A stretch of DNA of 64,000 nt from the NCBI GenBank assembly GCA_016709005.1, contig JADJEU010000002.1, forward strand, positions 44,941-108,940, read 5' to 3'. Source of the stretch: Crocinitomicaceae bacterium. Its GTDB lineage: Bacteria; Bacteroidota; Bacteroidia; Flavobacteriales_D; Crocinitomicaceae. The position numbers and the translations under genes are program-made. The notes below the pieces were generated by a model. That model did not search any database and had not been told where the DNA came from. It saw only the letters and a program-made list of their open reading frames with translations. Below, piece by piece: positions 1-9,991 of this stretch (its first letter is position 1; every line of letters begins with the position of its first letter).

Positions 1-151
1 TTTAAACTAAATCATTAAAGTGTCATGACTAATTATTTTTTACGCCAGAAAAGAACTCTAGAATAAACAAAGCGCAGGTGCTTCTGAGTTGCCAAACTAA
101 CTCCAATGTGAACATTCAAAAGAGGAATTCAGCCAAAATGACGACAATGAT

Positions 152-487
152 TTAATCACCCGTTTCATCTTTCGTTTTTCCCATTAAACTTTGTATAAAA
201 TCATTGTGTTCCATACACCGTTCACAGAAGATGTCGCGCAGGCCTTCATGGTCAAAAGCCTGAAACGGAATTTGACATTCTCCAAAAAACATATCACACC
301 AAATATTCGTGTCCATTTGATCTGATAGCGCAATGAGTGTATTATACCATTCAGCCGAGCCTTCTTGCGTAATGTGCTGATATCCCAATGGCATCATATA
401 TGCCAGCACAGAATCTTCAGTTGCAAAAGGAGTCATGAGCTCAATGGCCGGATATATTTGTTGGAAATAAACAGCAGTTTTGGCCAA
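152..487 (-). CDS. hypothetical small protein (111 aa), Cys/aromatic-rich with an acidic C-terminus
   Basis: ORF track. Begins 10 nt after the stop of the 774-aa gene on the same strand, so probably co-transcribed. The track start codon is TTG. No family recognised. Confidence 0.45.
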   Translation of the reverse strand: MAKTAVYFQQIYPAIELMTPFATEDSVLAYMMPLGYQHITQEGSAEWYNTLIALSDQMDTNIWCDMFFGECQIPFQAFDHEGLRDIFCERCMEHNDFIQSLMGKTKDETGD

Positions 488-497
488 CTTAATTGCT

Positions 498-2822
498 TTA
501 CTTCCGTCTGCCGCTATACCTCATAGGCTCAGAAGCAAAAACAGAATTTAACAACAGGACATTGAGATTGAAATTAAGACGATCAATATTCAATTGGGCG
601 ACAGAATCAGACTGATAATAATTTCCCATTTTTTCAACCAAATTTAACAAGTGCTGCAGCTTATCAAAATCTCCAAGTTCTTGCTGCTGATAATACTCAG
701 TGGTATTACGAACGAGAATATAAATAAATTCTGGAAGAATATGCGTTGGATCCGAACAGGATGTATGAATAAAGTCTTCATCCTTTTTATGATTTTCCGT
801 CCACTCTTTATTTTTACTGAATGCTTCTTTAAATTCATATCCGTACATGACAAATTTCTGAGCCAGCGGATGATCATTACGATAACCTGCAGGCATTTTT
901 ATTGCTGCTAAAAATTCAGGACTAATTTTTCCCTGAACAACTTTGCTGTGAATACATTCATAGAGCAGACTGAATTCGGCAATAGCATCAGTCAAATTGC
1001 GTTTCGCACGAGACAGAGAATCAATTTTGTGTTGTACCGACTTTAACTCTTTATTTAGAAAATACTCGAGGTTCTGATCCTCAACGTTAATTGTACAATA
1101 AAGATCTATTTCTCCTCGTCGCTCTGTTTTTAGAATTGGCTCTATTTCCTCGACGCCGATTTTAGTGAACTCATCCAACACCTCCTTCTGACTCATTGTA
1201 CTCATGTATTTCCATCTCGGACTTTTTGCGACAGCTTCATAAAAACCAATCCAGTCTGCAGATGTCGTGATTCTGACGAGTACATCCTTACGCTGATTTT
1301 GGTTTAAAACACGTGCAATATTATTTGCGCGCATGATTTGCAAATTCTCATTAGTTACTGAATCTCCCTCAATGGATGAATAGGCATGAATACAAACTGA
1401 GTCAAGCTCATAAGACAAACTGGAAATCGATTGGATAAATGGATCAATATCATCTTTTGTAAAATCAGACTTTCCCTTTTCAAACGGAATGGAAAAATGA
1501 AGAAAGCGTTCTTCGGGTGCTAAAACACAGTTGTCTGTGGCCGATGCCGGAATAAATTCAGCAGGTTGATATTCCTCTATAACTTGACCACAATAAGCCG
1601 TGAGATAATCGATGTGACAGATTTGACCATCCTGGATGTAAACCAGATTATGTGCCCAAAATCCGGTGAGGTCACGCGGAACTTTACCCAATACTATTTC
1701 AAAATACTGGAAATTATACCTGTCTAATTTATATCTCCCAAACCGCTTAAAAAAAGAAACAGAATCAGCCTGAAAAATGTACGAAACAAACTTTACGTCA
1801 TCTCTGCTTTTTCGTTTTTTGTAACCCCTATAAAGATCCTTTTTATAAACTGGTTTCAGAATCCGCCCATTTAATTTCAACTGTCCGTTTCTGCGGCTGG
1901 GCTTTGTATAATAAGCTGGATTTCCGCAGACATAATCTTCGAAACTGACAATTTCGACGGCAAAACCATCCTGCCTTTTATCCATAAGATGTTTTACAAA
2001 GTCAGAATCTTCCACACGAAGTATAAACATGTTACGCTCAATTCTTAAAGTAATGGGCGGTGGATCAGAAACGATTGTATCGCAAGACTCACAATCTTCT
2101 TGCTTGTCATGGCTAAGTTTGAAGTTGTAAAGATAATCTTCGATTAATTGTCGTTTAATTCCATCAAAACTAGTTGCAATTTTTGGCGGCACATAGTTTG
2201 AATACGGAAACATTTTTTTATTCTCACTAAAGGCGTATTGGTAATCTGCAACGGCAAACTTCTGACAGGCATAGACGCGTCCTGTGATTGTATCAAGGGC
2301 AACAGCAAGACCTGTGAGTTGATACTCTTTTGTGATCATGTTTTTGAAATGCCCGGGAGAATTTACCCAGGCATTGACCATCGCATCTGCAATGCCTCCA
2401 TAAGTGTGCGTGTCAAATTTACTTCCATCTTTTCCTTGCACAATTCGATTGTATGGCGTCAAGAGAATATTTTCTCCGACTCTGTAATTGGTTGCTCCAA
2501 AATAAACCACCCGATCCTGCGGTGTTTTAGTCAAAACCGAATCATCTTCTGTATGAGTAAGCATTTTCGATCTGACCAAATAATTGGAATGGTGACATGA
2601 AGCCACGTATAGAATTGAATCATTTACAAGGATGTCACAATTATGCAATTTTCTCACTTCGTCAATACCTGTTTTAACCAAATGCTCAAGGTATAAACTG
2701 TTGAAATTATTCGCGTCAAATTGCTCCGTCTCCTGAGCATAAGAGAGTGCATTTAGAATTAGGATAAAAAAGAAATACGGTGCTTTCAATTTTGTTTTTT
2801 TCTTATTAATGTCAATATGCAT
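498..2822 (-). CDS. secreted CAP/SCP (PR-1-like) domain protein with a possible OmpA-like segment
   Basis: N-terminal signal-like segment (PYFFFILILNALSYAQE). CAP-domain signature region GENILL...NAWVNSPGHFKNMI...LTGLAVA. Later segment IHAYSSIEGDSVTNENLQIMRANNIARVL resembles the OmpA_C peptidoglycan-binding motif. The remainder is unassigned. Confidence 0.6.
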   Translation of the reverse strand: MHIDINKKKTKLKAPYFFFILILNALSYAQETEQFDANNFNSLYLEHLVKTGIDEVRKLHNCDILVNDSILYVASCHHSNYLVRSKMLTHTEDDSVLTKTPQDRVVYFGATNYRVGENILLTPYNRIVQGKDGSKFDTHTYGGIADAMVNAWVNSPGHFKNMITKEYQLTGLAVALDTITGRVYACQKFAVADYQYAFSENKKMFPYSNYVPPKIATSFDGIKRQLIEDYLYNFKLSHDKQEDCESCDTIVSDPPPITLRIERNMFILRVEDSDFVKHLMDKRQDGFAVEIVSFEDYVCGNPAYYTKPSRRNGQLKLNGRILKPVYKKDLYRGYKKRKSRDDVKFVSYIFQADSVSFFKRFGRYKLDRYNFQYFEIVLGKVPRDLTGFWAHNLVYIQDGQICHIDYLTAYCGQVIEEYQPAEFIPASATDNCVLAPEERFLHFSIPFEKGKSDFTKDDIDPFIQSISSLSYELDSVCIHAYSSIEGDSVTNENLQIMRANNIARVLNQNQRKDVLVRITTSADWIGFYEAVAKSPRWKYMSTMSQKEVLDEFTKIGVEEIEPILKTERRGEIDLYCTINVEDQNLEYFLNKELKSVQHKIDSLSRAKRNLTDAIAEFSLLYECIHSKVVQGKISPEFLAAIKMPAGYRNDHPLAQKFVMYGYEFKEAFSKNKEWTENHKKDEDFIHTSCSDPTHILPEFIYILVRNTTEYYQQQELGDFDKLQHLLNLVEKMGNYYQSDSVAQLNIDRLNFNLNVLLLNSVFASEPMRYSGRRK

Positions 2823-3046
2823 CGATAGTAACCCACCACATATTCGGAACCTGGCAAAAATCTACTATTTAATATTAATACTATTTTACAAATAATTCTC
2901 ATTAATATCGAGATCATCGCATATCTTCAGGCCAGTTAGCATTTGAATGCAAGAGCAGACACTCAGTCAGTCATCTCTGTAAAAAAAGAATAACACGAGC
3001 CTACTGCCCGTGCCATTCAGTTTATTCGCAAGATCTGAAAATCCAA

Positions 3047-3981
3047 TTACTCAACCAGCAACGTCAAACCCTTTAAATCAGCCTTGCCGTTTTTTAGAAA
3101 TTCGTAGGTCATTCGATCTGCTTTAGAATCAATAAAACGGATACCTTTTAAACTCTCGTTTTTAAAGAATGTGTTTGTCAGAACTGCATTTTGGAAGGTG
3201 ATACGCTTGAATGCACAATTGTCAAAATAACAATCTTCGATGTTGCCTTCGAAAACAAGATCTGCCAGATAGGTTTCTTTGAATGAAGTACGGTTCCATT
3301 TGGCATTTGCAATGATACTCTTTTCGAGGCCGCCGGATTGAAAAGTCACTCCAGTCAGATCAGCGCTTGTCAAATCACAACCAGAAATATAACTTGATGT
3401 AAATTCTGCATCATTCAATTTACAATCATTAAAGTGATCCTTGACAAAATAGGTGCGTTGAATTGAACTGCCGATGAGATTGGATTCAGAGAAGTCACAT
3501 CCTTCGACATTATTGTTTTTCAGCAGCAATCCGGACAAATCTGAACCAATAAATTTACAGCGCTGCATGTTGGAAGAACTGAATTTTTCATTCAAATCTT
3601 TCAAACCAGAAAAATCTGCATCAACCCAATTGCCACCAGACATGTTCCAATTCAGTTTTTTCTTTGAAATACTACCAGAGTCCTCATGCCCTGATGAATT
3701 CACACTCTTTGATTGGTCGTGCAAGTTTTCAGATTTTGCACTCTGACTCAAATTTGGATCAGCCACTGTCGATTGAAAATTATCTGAAAAATAATTCAGG
3801 TCAACACCCAAAATTTCTGCAATGCGGTTAAAGGTTGTGATGTCGGGCATGGATTCACCCCTCTCCCACTTTCCAACTGCTTGCGAGCTGATAAAAAGTC
3901 GCTCAGCTAATTGTGCCTGAGAGATGTTGATTTTTTTCTTGCTTCGGCAATTTTATTGCCAATTGATTTTGTGTTTAGCAT
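3047..3981 (-). pseudogene. XRE-family HTH + pentapeptide-repeat protein, disrupted by a 1-nt frameshift in a homopolymer
   Basis: ATG at 3981..3979 opens MLNTKSIGNKIAEARKK, then hits a stop. The -1 frame continues INISQAQLAERLFISSQAVGKWERGESMPDITTFNRIAEILGVDLNYF (classic XRE HTH) into the 267-aa pentapeptide-repeat ORF (3047..3850). The frames switch at the T7 run 3931..3937. Confidence 0.75.
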
Positions 3982-4174
3982 ATAAGTCTTTATTTAATTT
4001 TTGATGTGGCAAAGCTATTTTAGCCGCTTTCAACCATCAAAAAAATTCTACTACTTATGGTTGTTATTCCGCTATTTCTGGTTGCTATTTAACAACTAAA
4101 AGTAGTATTTATTGAATTAAGGATGGAACAACCGAGATCAGAAACTGAAACTGTTGGTTGGATTACAACTGTTT

Positions 4175-4203
4175 ATTGCCACAAAGGCGCGAAGGCGCGA
4201 AGG
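4175..4203. repeat. family A repeat (ATTGCCACAAAGGC + GCGAAGG x2), half element
   Basis: ATTGCCACAAAGGC is shared exactly with 43473..43486. The GCGAAGGCGCGAAGG periodicity resembles GCAAAGGACGCAAAG at 8872..8887. Confidence 0.6.
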
Positions 4204-4301
4204 TTCACAAAGTATTGCTGCAAAAAACATAAAGTGGAAATAAAGTTTCGTTGGCCATTGTATCTTATTGGCTAAATGAATAAGTACACAAAAACGTGTG
4301 A

Positions 4302-4398
4302 GGGAAATTATCCGCGTTGCAAACGCTGCGATCTCTTTCAAAACTGAAGATACACACTCGTCTGGTAACGAGCGCGAGATGGGTTAAGAGATTTAAAT
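4302..4398 (+). repeat. family B repeat, copy 1 (two hairpins: GCGTTGCAAACGC and CTCGTCTGGTAACGAG)
   Basis: Aligns by eye with 5135..5236 at roughly 75-80 percent identity over about 90 nt, in the same orientation. Confidence 0.7.
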
Positions 4399-4447
4399 TC
4401 GATTCTTCAGATTATTATACTGATTTAATTATTTTTGAATAAAAAAC

Positions 4448-4984
4448 ATGACACCGATTTTATTCCTTTTAGCTACGACCTTCACAACCGTCCAAACGGA
4501 TATTACTCCACAAAATTTAACTGACACTACAGTCTGTATAAAGTTTGAGCAAGATTCTGTTTACACAAAACTGATTTCGGAAAAGGCATATCTGACGCAT
4601 GGAAAAGGACCTTTGGGTGAAAGTTCAAAAATCAGAGTCAAGGGAACAAGCTGTCCGAATAAAATTACAAACAGCAAATTTTTCGATGTCTATTTCAGAA
4701 TTAGAAGTGACGTAAAGCACGCACAGTTTTGCATGTTCAAAATGGATGTCAAAGGAAATAAAAGAATAGCTTCATCGCATGATCTGACTGGAAAGAAAAT
4801 AACCCAAATCCACACCAATATCAGACAATTGGACCCTATAAAAAAAGTATATTCCATGCAGATCGTCGCTACGTTACCTCCCGGAGTATATGGCTTTGCT
4901 TTTGTGACCATAACCAAAAATGGTCACTTTTACTACAATCCGTTTGTTTCAAAATCTGTTTATTGTATTGAAATTCCGGCGTAG
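4448..4984 (+). CDS. hypothetical secreted protein (178 aa)
   Basis: ORF track. Hydrophobic N-terminus. No family recognised. Bracketed by the two family B repeat copies. Confidence 0.5.
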   Translation: MTPILFLLATTFTTVQTDITPQNLTDTTVCIKFEQDSVYTKLISEKAYLTHGKGPLGESSKIRVKGTSCPNKITNSKFFDVYFRIRSDVKHAQFCMFKMDVKGNKRIASSHDLTGKKITQIHTNIRQLDPIKKVYSMQIVATLPPGVYGFAFVTITKNGHFYYNPFVSKSVYCIEIPA

Positions 4985-5134
4985 TCGTTTTCATTGCTTA
5001 AAACATGAAATGAGTTCTTTCAGACTTACCTGAAGATACAAGAATAATATTTGTCGATCCCAGTTCTTGTGAGAAATTTTTCTCGCAGAGTTGCGCGGAT
5101 GGCTGCGGGGAGTTTCACTGATCAAAAAGTTAGC

Positions 5135-5236
5135 GGGTTCATTGCCGCGTTGCAAGCGCTACGATCTCGGTCAATACTGAAGGTAGGCACTCGTCTGGAG
5201 ACGAGCGCTAGAGAGAAAGTTATTAAAGGCTTAAAT
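5135..5236 (+). repeat. family B repeat, copy 2
   Basis: GCGTTGCAAGCGCTACGATCTCGGTCAATACTGAAGGTAGGCACTCGTCTGGAGACGAGCGCTAGAG matches copy 1. Lies immediately 3' of the metH stop. Confidence 0.7.
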
Positions 5237-5238
5237 GA

Positions 5239-7994
5239 TTACCCTTCCAAATTTGATGACAACCACCGTCTCATCACTTCAGCATCCATTCCTTTGCGCT
5301 TTGCTAAGCTTGCTAGTTGCTCTTCAGTTATTTTTCCAACTCCGAAATAATGTGATTCAGGATGCGCAAAATACCAACCGCTCACAGACGATGCAGGCAT
5401 CATGGCCATCGAATCGGTTAGCGTGACTTCTGTTTTGTTGGATGCATCTAATATTTTGAAGAGACCTGGTTTCTCCGTATGATCAGGGTTTGCAGGATAA
5501 CCCGGTGCAGGGCGAATGCCTTTGTATTTTTCTGCAATGAGTTCATCTTTTGAAAGTGGCGTAGCTTCATATCCCCAGAATTCCTGACGCACACGTTCGT
5601 GCATTCTTTCAGCAAAAGCTTCGGCGAAACGATCGGCTAATGCCTTTAGTAAAATTGATTTATAATCGTTGTGATCTGCTTCAAATTCAGCTAACTTTTT
5701 TTCGATTCCCAAACCAGCTGTTACTACAAATCCGCCAACGTGATCTGCAATTCCTGATTCTTTTGGTGCAACAAAATCAGAGACACATTCGTTCACCGCA
5801 CCTTCGGTTTTTTTCAGTTGCTGACGCATTCCAAATTGGGTATGCAAAACTTTTGTACGCGATTCGTCTGTGTAAATTTCAATATCATCATCATTGATTG
5901 TGTTTGCCGGCCAGATTCCGATCACTGCTTTTGCCTGAATCCAATTTTCACGAATGATATCATCCAACATGGTGTTTGCATCGTTGAATAATTTTGTTGC
6001 TTCAACACCCATGTTTTCGTCCGTAAGAATGTTTGGATATTTGCCACGTAATTCCCATGTGTGGAAGAACGGTGTCCAATCAATGTAGTTTCTTAACTCG
6101 GCCAAATCATAATTGACAAATTCTTTAACTCCGGTAAATTTTGGTTGGTGCGGCGGATTATTTTTCCAGTCAATTTTGAATTTATTTTTACGCGCATCTT
6201 CTAAAGAAAGATAAGTCTTGAATTCTTTTTTTGATGCGTAATTTTTACGGACTGTTTCAAAATCAGCTTTCACGTCCTTAATAAAATTGTCGCGTTCTTC
6301 GCTCAGCAAACTTGATACAACAGTGACTGATCTGGAAGCATCCAATACATAAACCGTCTGCCCTTTAGTATAATTCTGATCAATTTTAACTGCAGTGTGA
6401 ACCTTTGAAGTTGTTGCGCCGCCAATCAAAAGCGGAATAGTAAAACCTTCGCGTTCCATTTCTTTTGCAACGTGAACCATTTCATCTAGAGAAGGTGTAA
6501 TCAAACCACTCAACCCAATCACATCGACATTCTGTTCTTTGGCTACTTGCAGAATTTTTCTGCCGGAACCATTACACCCAAATCGATAATCTCATAATTA
6601 TTACAACCCAAAACAACACCCACAATATTTTTTCCAATATCGTGTACATCGCCTTTTACAGTTGCCATTAAAACTTTTCCTTTGGCTTTGGTTTCAGTTT
6701 TCGAAGCTTCAATAAATGGTAATAAATACGCTACTGCTTTTTTCATCACGCGCGCAGATTTTACAACCTGCGGTAAAAACATTTTCCCAGATCCGAATAA
6801 ATCTCCAACCACATTCATTCCGTTCATCAAATGGCCTTCAATGACTTCAATTGGCATGCTCACTGCCTGACGCGCTTCTTCTACATCTTCATCAATGAAC
6901 TCGGTGATTCTTTTTACCAACGAATGCGTAATTCGATCCTGAAGATTTTCTTTTCTCCATTCCAATTCCGGTTTTTTTTCTTTCGTTCCGGCAACAACTG
7001 ATTCTGCAAAACTCAACAAACGATCCGTTGCATCTTCTCTTCTGTCCAACAAAACATCTTCTACACGTTCCAGCAAATCTTTTGGAATATTGTCATAGAC
7101 TTCAATCATGGTTGGGTTGACAATGCCCATGTCCAACCCTTCATTAATTCCGTGATACAAAAAAGCAGAGTGCATGGCTTCACGCACCGGATTGTTTCCT
7201 CTGAATGAAAAAGAGACGTTTGAAATTCCCCCGCTCACATGTGCGCCCGGAAGGTTTTCTCTGATCCAACGAGTCGCTCTGAAAAAGTCCAGCGCGTTTC
7301 TTCTGTGCTCATCCATTCCGGTTGCCACAGGAAAAACATTGGGATCAAAAATAATATCCTGCGGTGGGAATTTTACCTTGTCAACCAAGATGCGATACGA
7401 GCGCTCACACATTTGAATACGCTTCTCATAACTGTCTGCCTGACCATCTTCATCAAAAGCCATTACAATAACAGCTGCACCGTATTGTTTAATTTTTTTG
7501 GCCTGATAAATAAAATTTTCTTCTCCTTCTTTTAAGCTGATTGAATTCACAACGCATTTACCCTGCACACATTTCAAACCTGCTTCAATGATTTCCCATT
7601 TAGAGGAATCAATCATAATGGGCACGCGTGAAATATCCGGTTCAGACGCAATGAGATTTAAAAATTTCACCATGGCTTCTTTGCCATCAATCAAACCATC
7701 GTCCATGTTTACGTCAATGATTTGTGCACCGCCTTCAACCTGATCACGTGCAATTTGCAAGGCTGCTTCAAACTCACCTTCTTTGATGTGTTTCAAAAAT
7801 TTGGCAGATCCTGCAACGTTGGTGCGCTCACCAATGTTGATGAAATTGGATTCGGGTGTAACTTCCAATGGTTCTAATCCGCTCAATTTCATGTTTGGCA
7901 GATTGGTCCATTTGTACTGGTATTTTCCTGGGTAATCGGGGTGTAAATTCATTTTCAAATTCAATTTATAAGTTTCGGGGGCGAGCCCCGACAC
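5239..7994 (-). pseudogene. metH: cobalamin-dependent methionine synthase (pterin-binding, B12-binding and AdoMet-activation modules), split by a 1-nt frameshift
   Basis: The 483-aa ORF carries the pterin-binding region and the B12 motif [15 protein letters not shown], ending ...VPAEKFCK*. The other frame reads [26 protein letters not shown]... into the 427-aa ORF (B12 and activation domains). The frames switch at the T5 run 6555..6559. The true start is more likely ATG 7952 or 7892 than the GTG at 7994. Confidence 0.9.
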
Positions 7995-8044
7995 TGCATT
8001 TTTATTGGTCTCCTTTTTTCAATATATTATTTAAACATCCAAAG

Positions 8045-8067
8045 GAGACGACGCAATGCGCCGTCTC
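8045..8067 (-). other. GC-rich hairpin between the TerB-DnaJ gene and metH
   Basis: GAGACGACG / CGCCGTCTC stem (8 of 9 pairs) with a 5-nt loop. No clear U-run follows, so it is not called a terminator. Confidence 0.5.
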
Positions 8068-8083
8068 TGCGTGGGTGGACGAA

Positions 8084-8836
8084 TTATTTAAATCCTCGTT
8101 CTTTTTTAATCTTGTCGTATGCTTCTTGTACTTTTTGGAATTTTTCTTTTCCGTTTTTTTCAAACTCGGGACCTAATGAACTTAATTTGTCAGGGTGATA
8201 TTTGACAGCCATTTTTCGGTACGCTTTTTTCACTTCTTCATCGGTTGCATTGGTGTTGATCTCTAAAATTTTGTATGCCGAATCAACATCTTTATAATAC
8301 ATATTCTTCAAAGACAAAAAATCTTTTTCAGAAATTCCGAGGTAGTTTGAAATCTGATGCAGCAGGGTTATTTCTGATTTATCAACGTGACCGTCTGAGC
8401 GGGAAACTTCAAACAGATAACGCAGCAATTCCAGTCGCAACGGGTGCTCCATGTTCTGACGAATCTGAAAACAAATTTCACGCACTTGAATATCTTGCTG
8501 CAAAACATTTTGCAAAAGACGGATATATTCATTCGTTCTTTCAGTTCCAAATTGCGCCTGAAAAAATTGTCTTACAAATTGAATTTCTGATTTTAGAACT
8601 TTGCCATCGGCCTTCATCACAACGGCAGATAAAGCAATTAACGCAGCACCAAAATCACCGGCTTGTGTTTGATGAGCATGTGCCTGATGACCGCGTTGTC
8701 CGCCTTGAACCTGAACTTGTTTAGACTGACCAACGTCAAGAATTCCACCAATGGCAACGCCAATCAATGCGCCTAGTGGACCACCAAATGCCCAGCCTAA
8801 ACTACCGCCTAAAAGTTTTCCAAAATGCGATGCCAT
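8084..8836 (-). CDS. TerB-like domain + C-terminal J-domain co-chaperone (DjlA-like)
   Basis: Gly-rich membrane-like N-terminus, a TerB-like central region, and the J-domain signature AYKILEINTNATDEEVKKAYRKMAVKYHPDK. ATG at 8836 is preferred over the track GTG at 8863, which lies inside a repeat. Confidence 0.8.
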   Translation of the reverse strand: MASHFGKLLGGSLGWAFGGPLGALIGVAIGGILDVGQSKQVQVQGGQRGHQAHAHQTQAGDFGAALIALSAVVMKADGKVLKSEIQFVRQFFQAQFGTERTNEYIRLLQNVLQQDIQVREICFQIRQNMEHPLRLELLRYLFEVSRSDGHVDKSEITLLHQISNYLGISEKDFLSLKNMYYKDVDSAYKILEINTNATDEEVKKAYRKMAVKYHPDKLSSLGPEFEKNGKEKFQKVQEAYDKIKKERGFK

Positions 8837-8862
8837 ATTATTAGTATGCCGATTTTTTTTCA

Positions 8863-8960
8863 CCGCAAAGGCGCAAAGGACGCAAAGCGATGTGATTTTT
8901 TCTAATAAATAGTTCTGTTTTTTTCATTGCAAATTCTTTGCGATCTCTGCGTCTCTGCGG
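8863..8960. repeat. family A repeat, full element: 25-nt imperfect inverted arms with a 48-nt loop
   Basis: CCGCAAAGGCGCAAAGGACGCAAAG (8863..8887) pairs with CTTTGCGATCTCTGCGTCTCTGCGG (8936..8960). I count 20 Watson-Crick plus 2 G-U pairs out of 25. Confidence 0.7.
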
Positions 8961-9953
8961 TTAATTTTTTTCCACCAACTGATATGTCTTCACCAAATCC
9001 GCAATTGCTTTAATATGCGCCGGCGTTGTTCCGCAGCATCCACCTACAATATTTACCAAACCTTCATCTAAAAATGTTTTGATTTGTTTGGCCATCATTT
9101 CTGGTGTTTCATCGTAGTGACCCATTTCGTTTGGAAGACCTGCGTTTGGATGTGCAGAAATTGCAAATGGCGCGTTCTTTTTCAAGACTTGCAAGTACGG
9201 TCTAAGTGTACTTGCACCCAACGCACAATTCAATCCGACAGTCAACAAATCAGCGTGCTGTACAGAAACTAAAAATGCTTCTGCGGTTTGTCCTGATAAG
9301 GTTCGTCCACTTGCATCGGTGATGGTTCCGGAAACCATGATTGGAAGTTTCGTTCCCAATTTTTCCTGTACATTCTGCACAGCAAATAAAGCTGCCTTTG
9401 CATTCAAGGTGTCAAAAATTGTTTCAATTAAAAGTACATCTGCGCCGCCATCAATTAATCCTTTCACTTGCTCTTCATAAGCAATCACCATTTTATCAAA
9501 AGTTGTGCTTCTGTATCCTGGATCATTTACATGTGGAGAGATGGACAAGGTGACATTCGTTGGTCCAATCGAACCTGCAACAAAACGTGGTTTGGAAGGA
9601 TCTTTTTGATTGAACTCTTCACACACTTCTTTTGCGATTTTTGCACCGTGATAATTAATATCGTAAGCGTATTTTTCCAGACCGTAATCGGCTTGCGCAA
9701 TGGTCGTTCCGCTGAACGTATTTGTTTCCAGAATATCAGCTCCCGCCTCAAGGTATTCACGGTGAATAGCTTTGATGATATCTGGTCTTGTCAACACAAG
9801 CAAATCATTATTTCCTTTCAGTGGTTTTGGATGATTTTCAAACCAGCCTTTTCTGAAATCCTCTTCTTCCAGCTTATAGCGCTGAATCATGGTACCCATT
9901 GCGCCGTCGAGCACAAGAATGCGATGTTTTAAAATCTCTCTAATATCGTTCAT
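8961..9953 (-). CDS. homocysteine S-methyltransferase domain protein (stand-alone N-terminal MetH module)
   Basis: 330 aa. LDGAMGT start and the C-terminal [11 protein letters not shown] zinc/homocysteine-binding motif are typical of the MetH Hcy-binding domain. Confidence 0.9.
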   Translation of the reverse strand: MNDIREILKHRILVLDGAMGTMIQRYKLEEEDFRKGWFENHPKPLKGNNDLLVLTRPDIIKAIHREYLEAGADILETNTFSGTTIAQADYGLEKYAYDINYHGAKIAKEVCEEFNQKDPSKPRFVAGSIGPTNVTLSISPHVNDPGYRSTTFDKMVIAYEEQVKGLIDGGADVLLIETIFDTLNAKAALFAVQNVQEKLGTKLPIMVSGTITDASGRTLSGQTAEAFLVSVQHADLLTVGLNCALGASTLRPYLQVLKKNAPFAISAHPNAGLPNEMGHYDETPEMMAKQIKTFLDEGLVNIVGGCCGTTPAHIKAIADLVKTYQLVEKN

Positions 9954-9991
9954 AGCACGAATTCAGAGGGGAGACCGGAAACTGATTGTCG

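Noticed and set aside
4138-4341. 67-aa ORF in the track
   Set aside because: It is composed largely of family A and family B repeat sequence, with no plausible start context. Judged spurious.
5051-5426. ORFs 5051..5350 and 5235..5426 on the plus strand
   Set aside because: The first runs through repeat modules and then antisense into the metH 3' end. The second is entirely antisense to metH. Both are explained by the repeats and the metH coding sequence.
8837-8863. GTG start at 8863 for the TerB-DnaJ gene, and similar upstream non-ATG starts in the track (16266, 20282, 29914, 51661, 54510, 57373, 62870)
   Set aside because: In each case an in-frame ATG slightly downstream gives a canonical N-terminus (signal peptide or conserved family start), and the extension adds non-conserved residues or overlaps a repeat.
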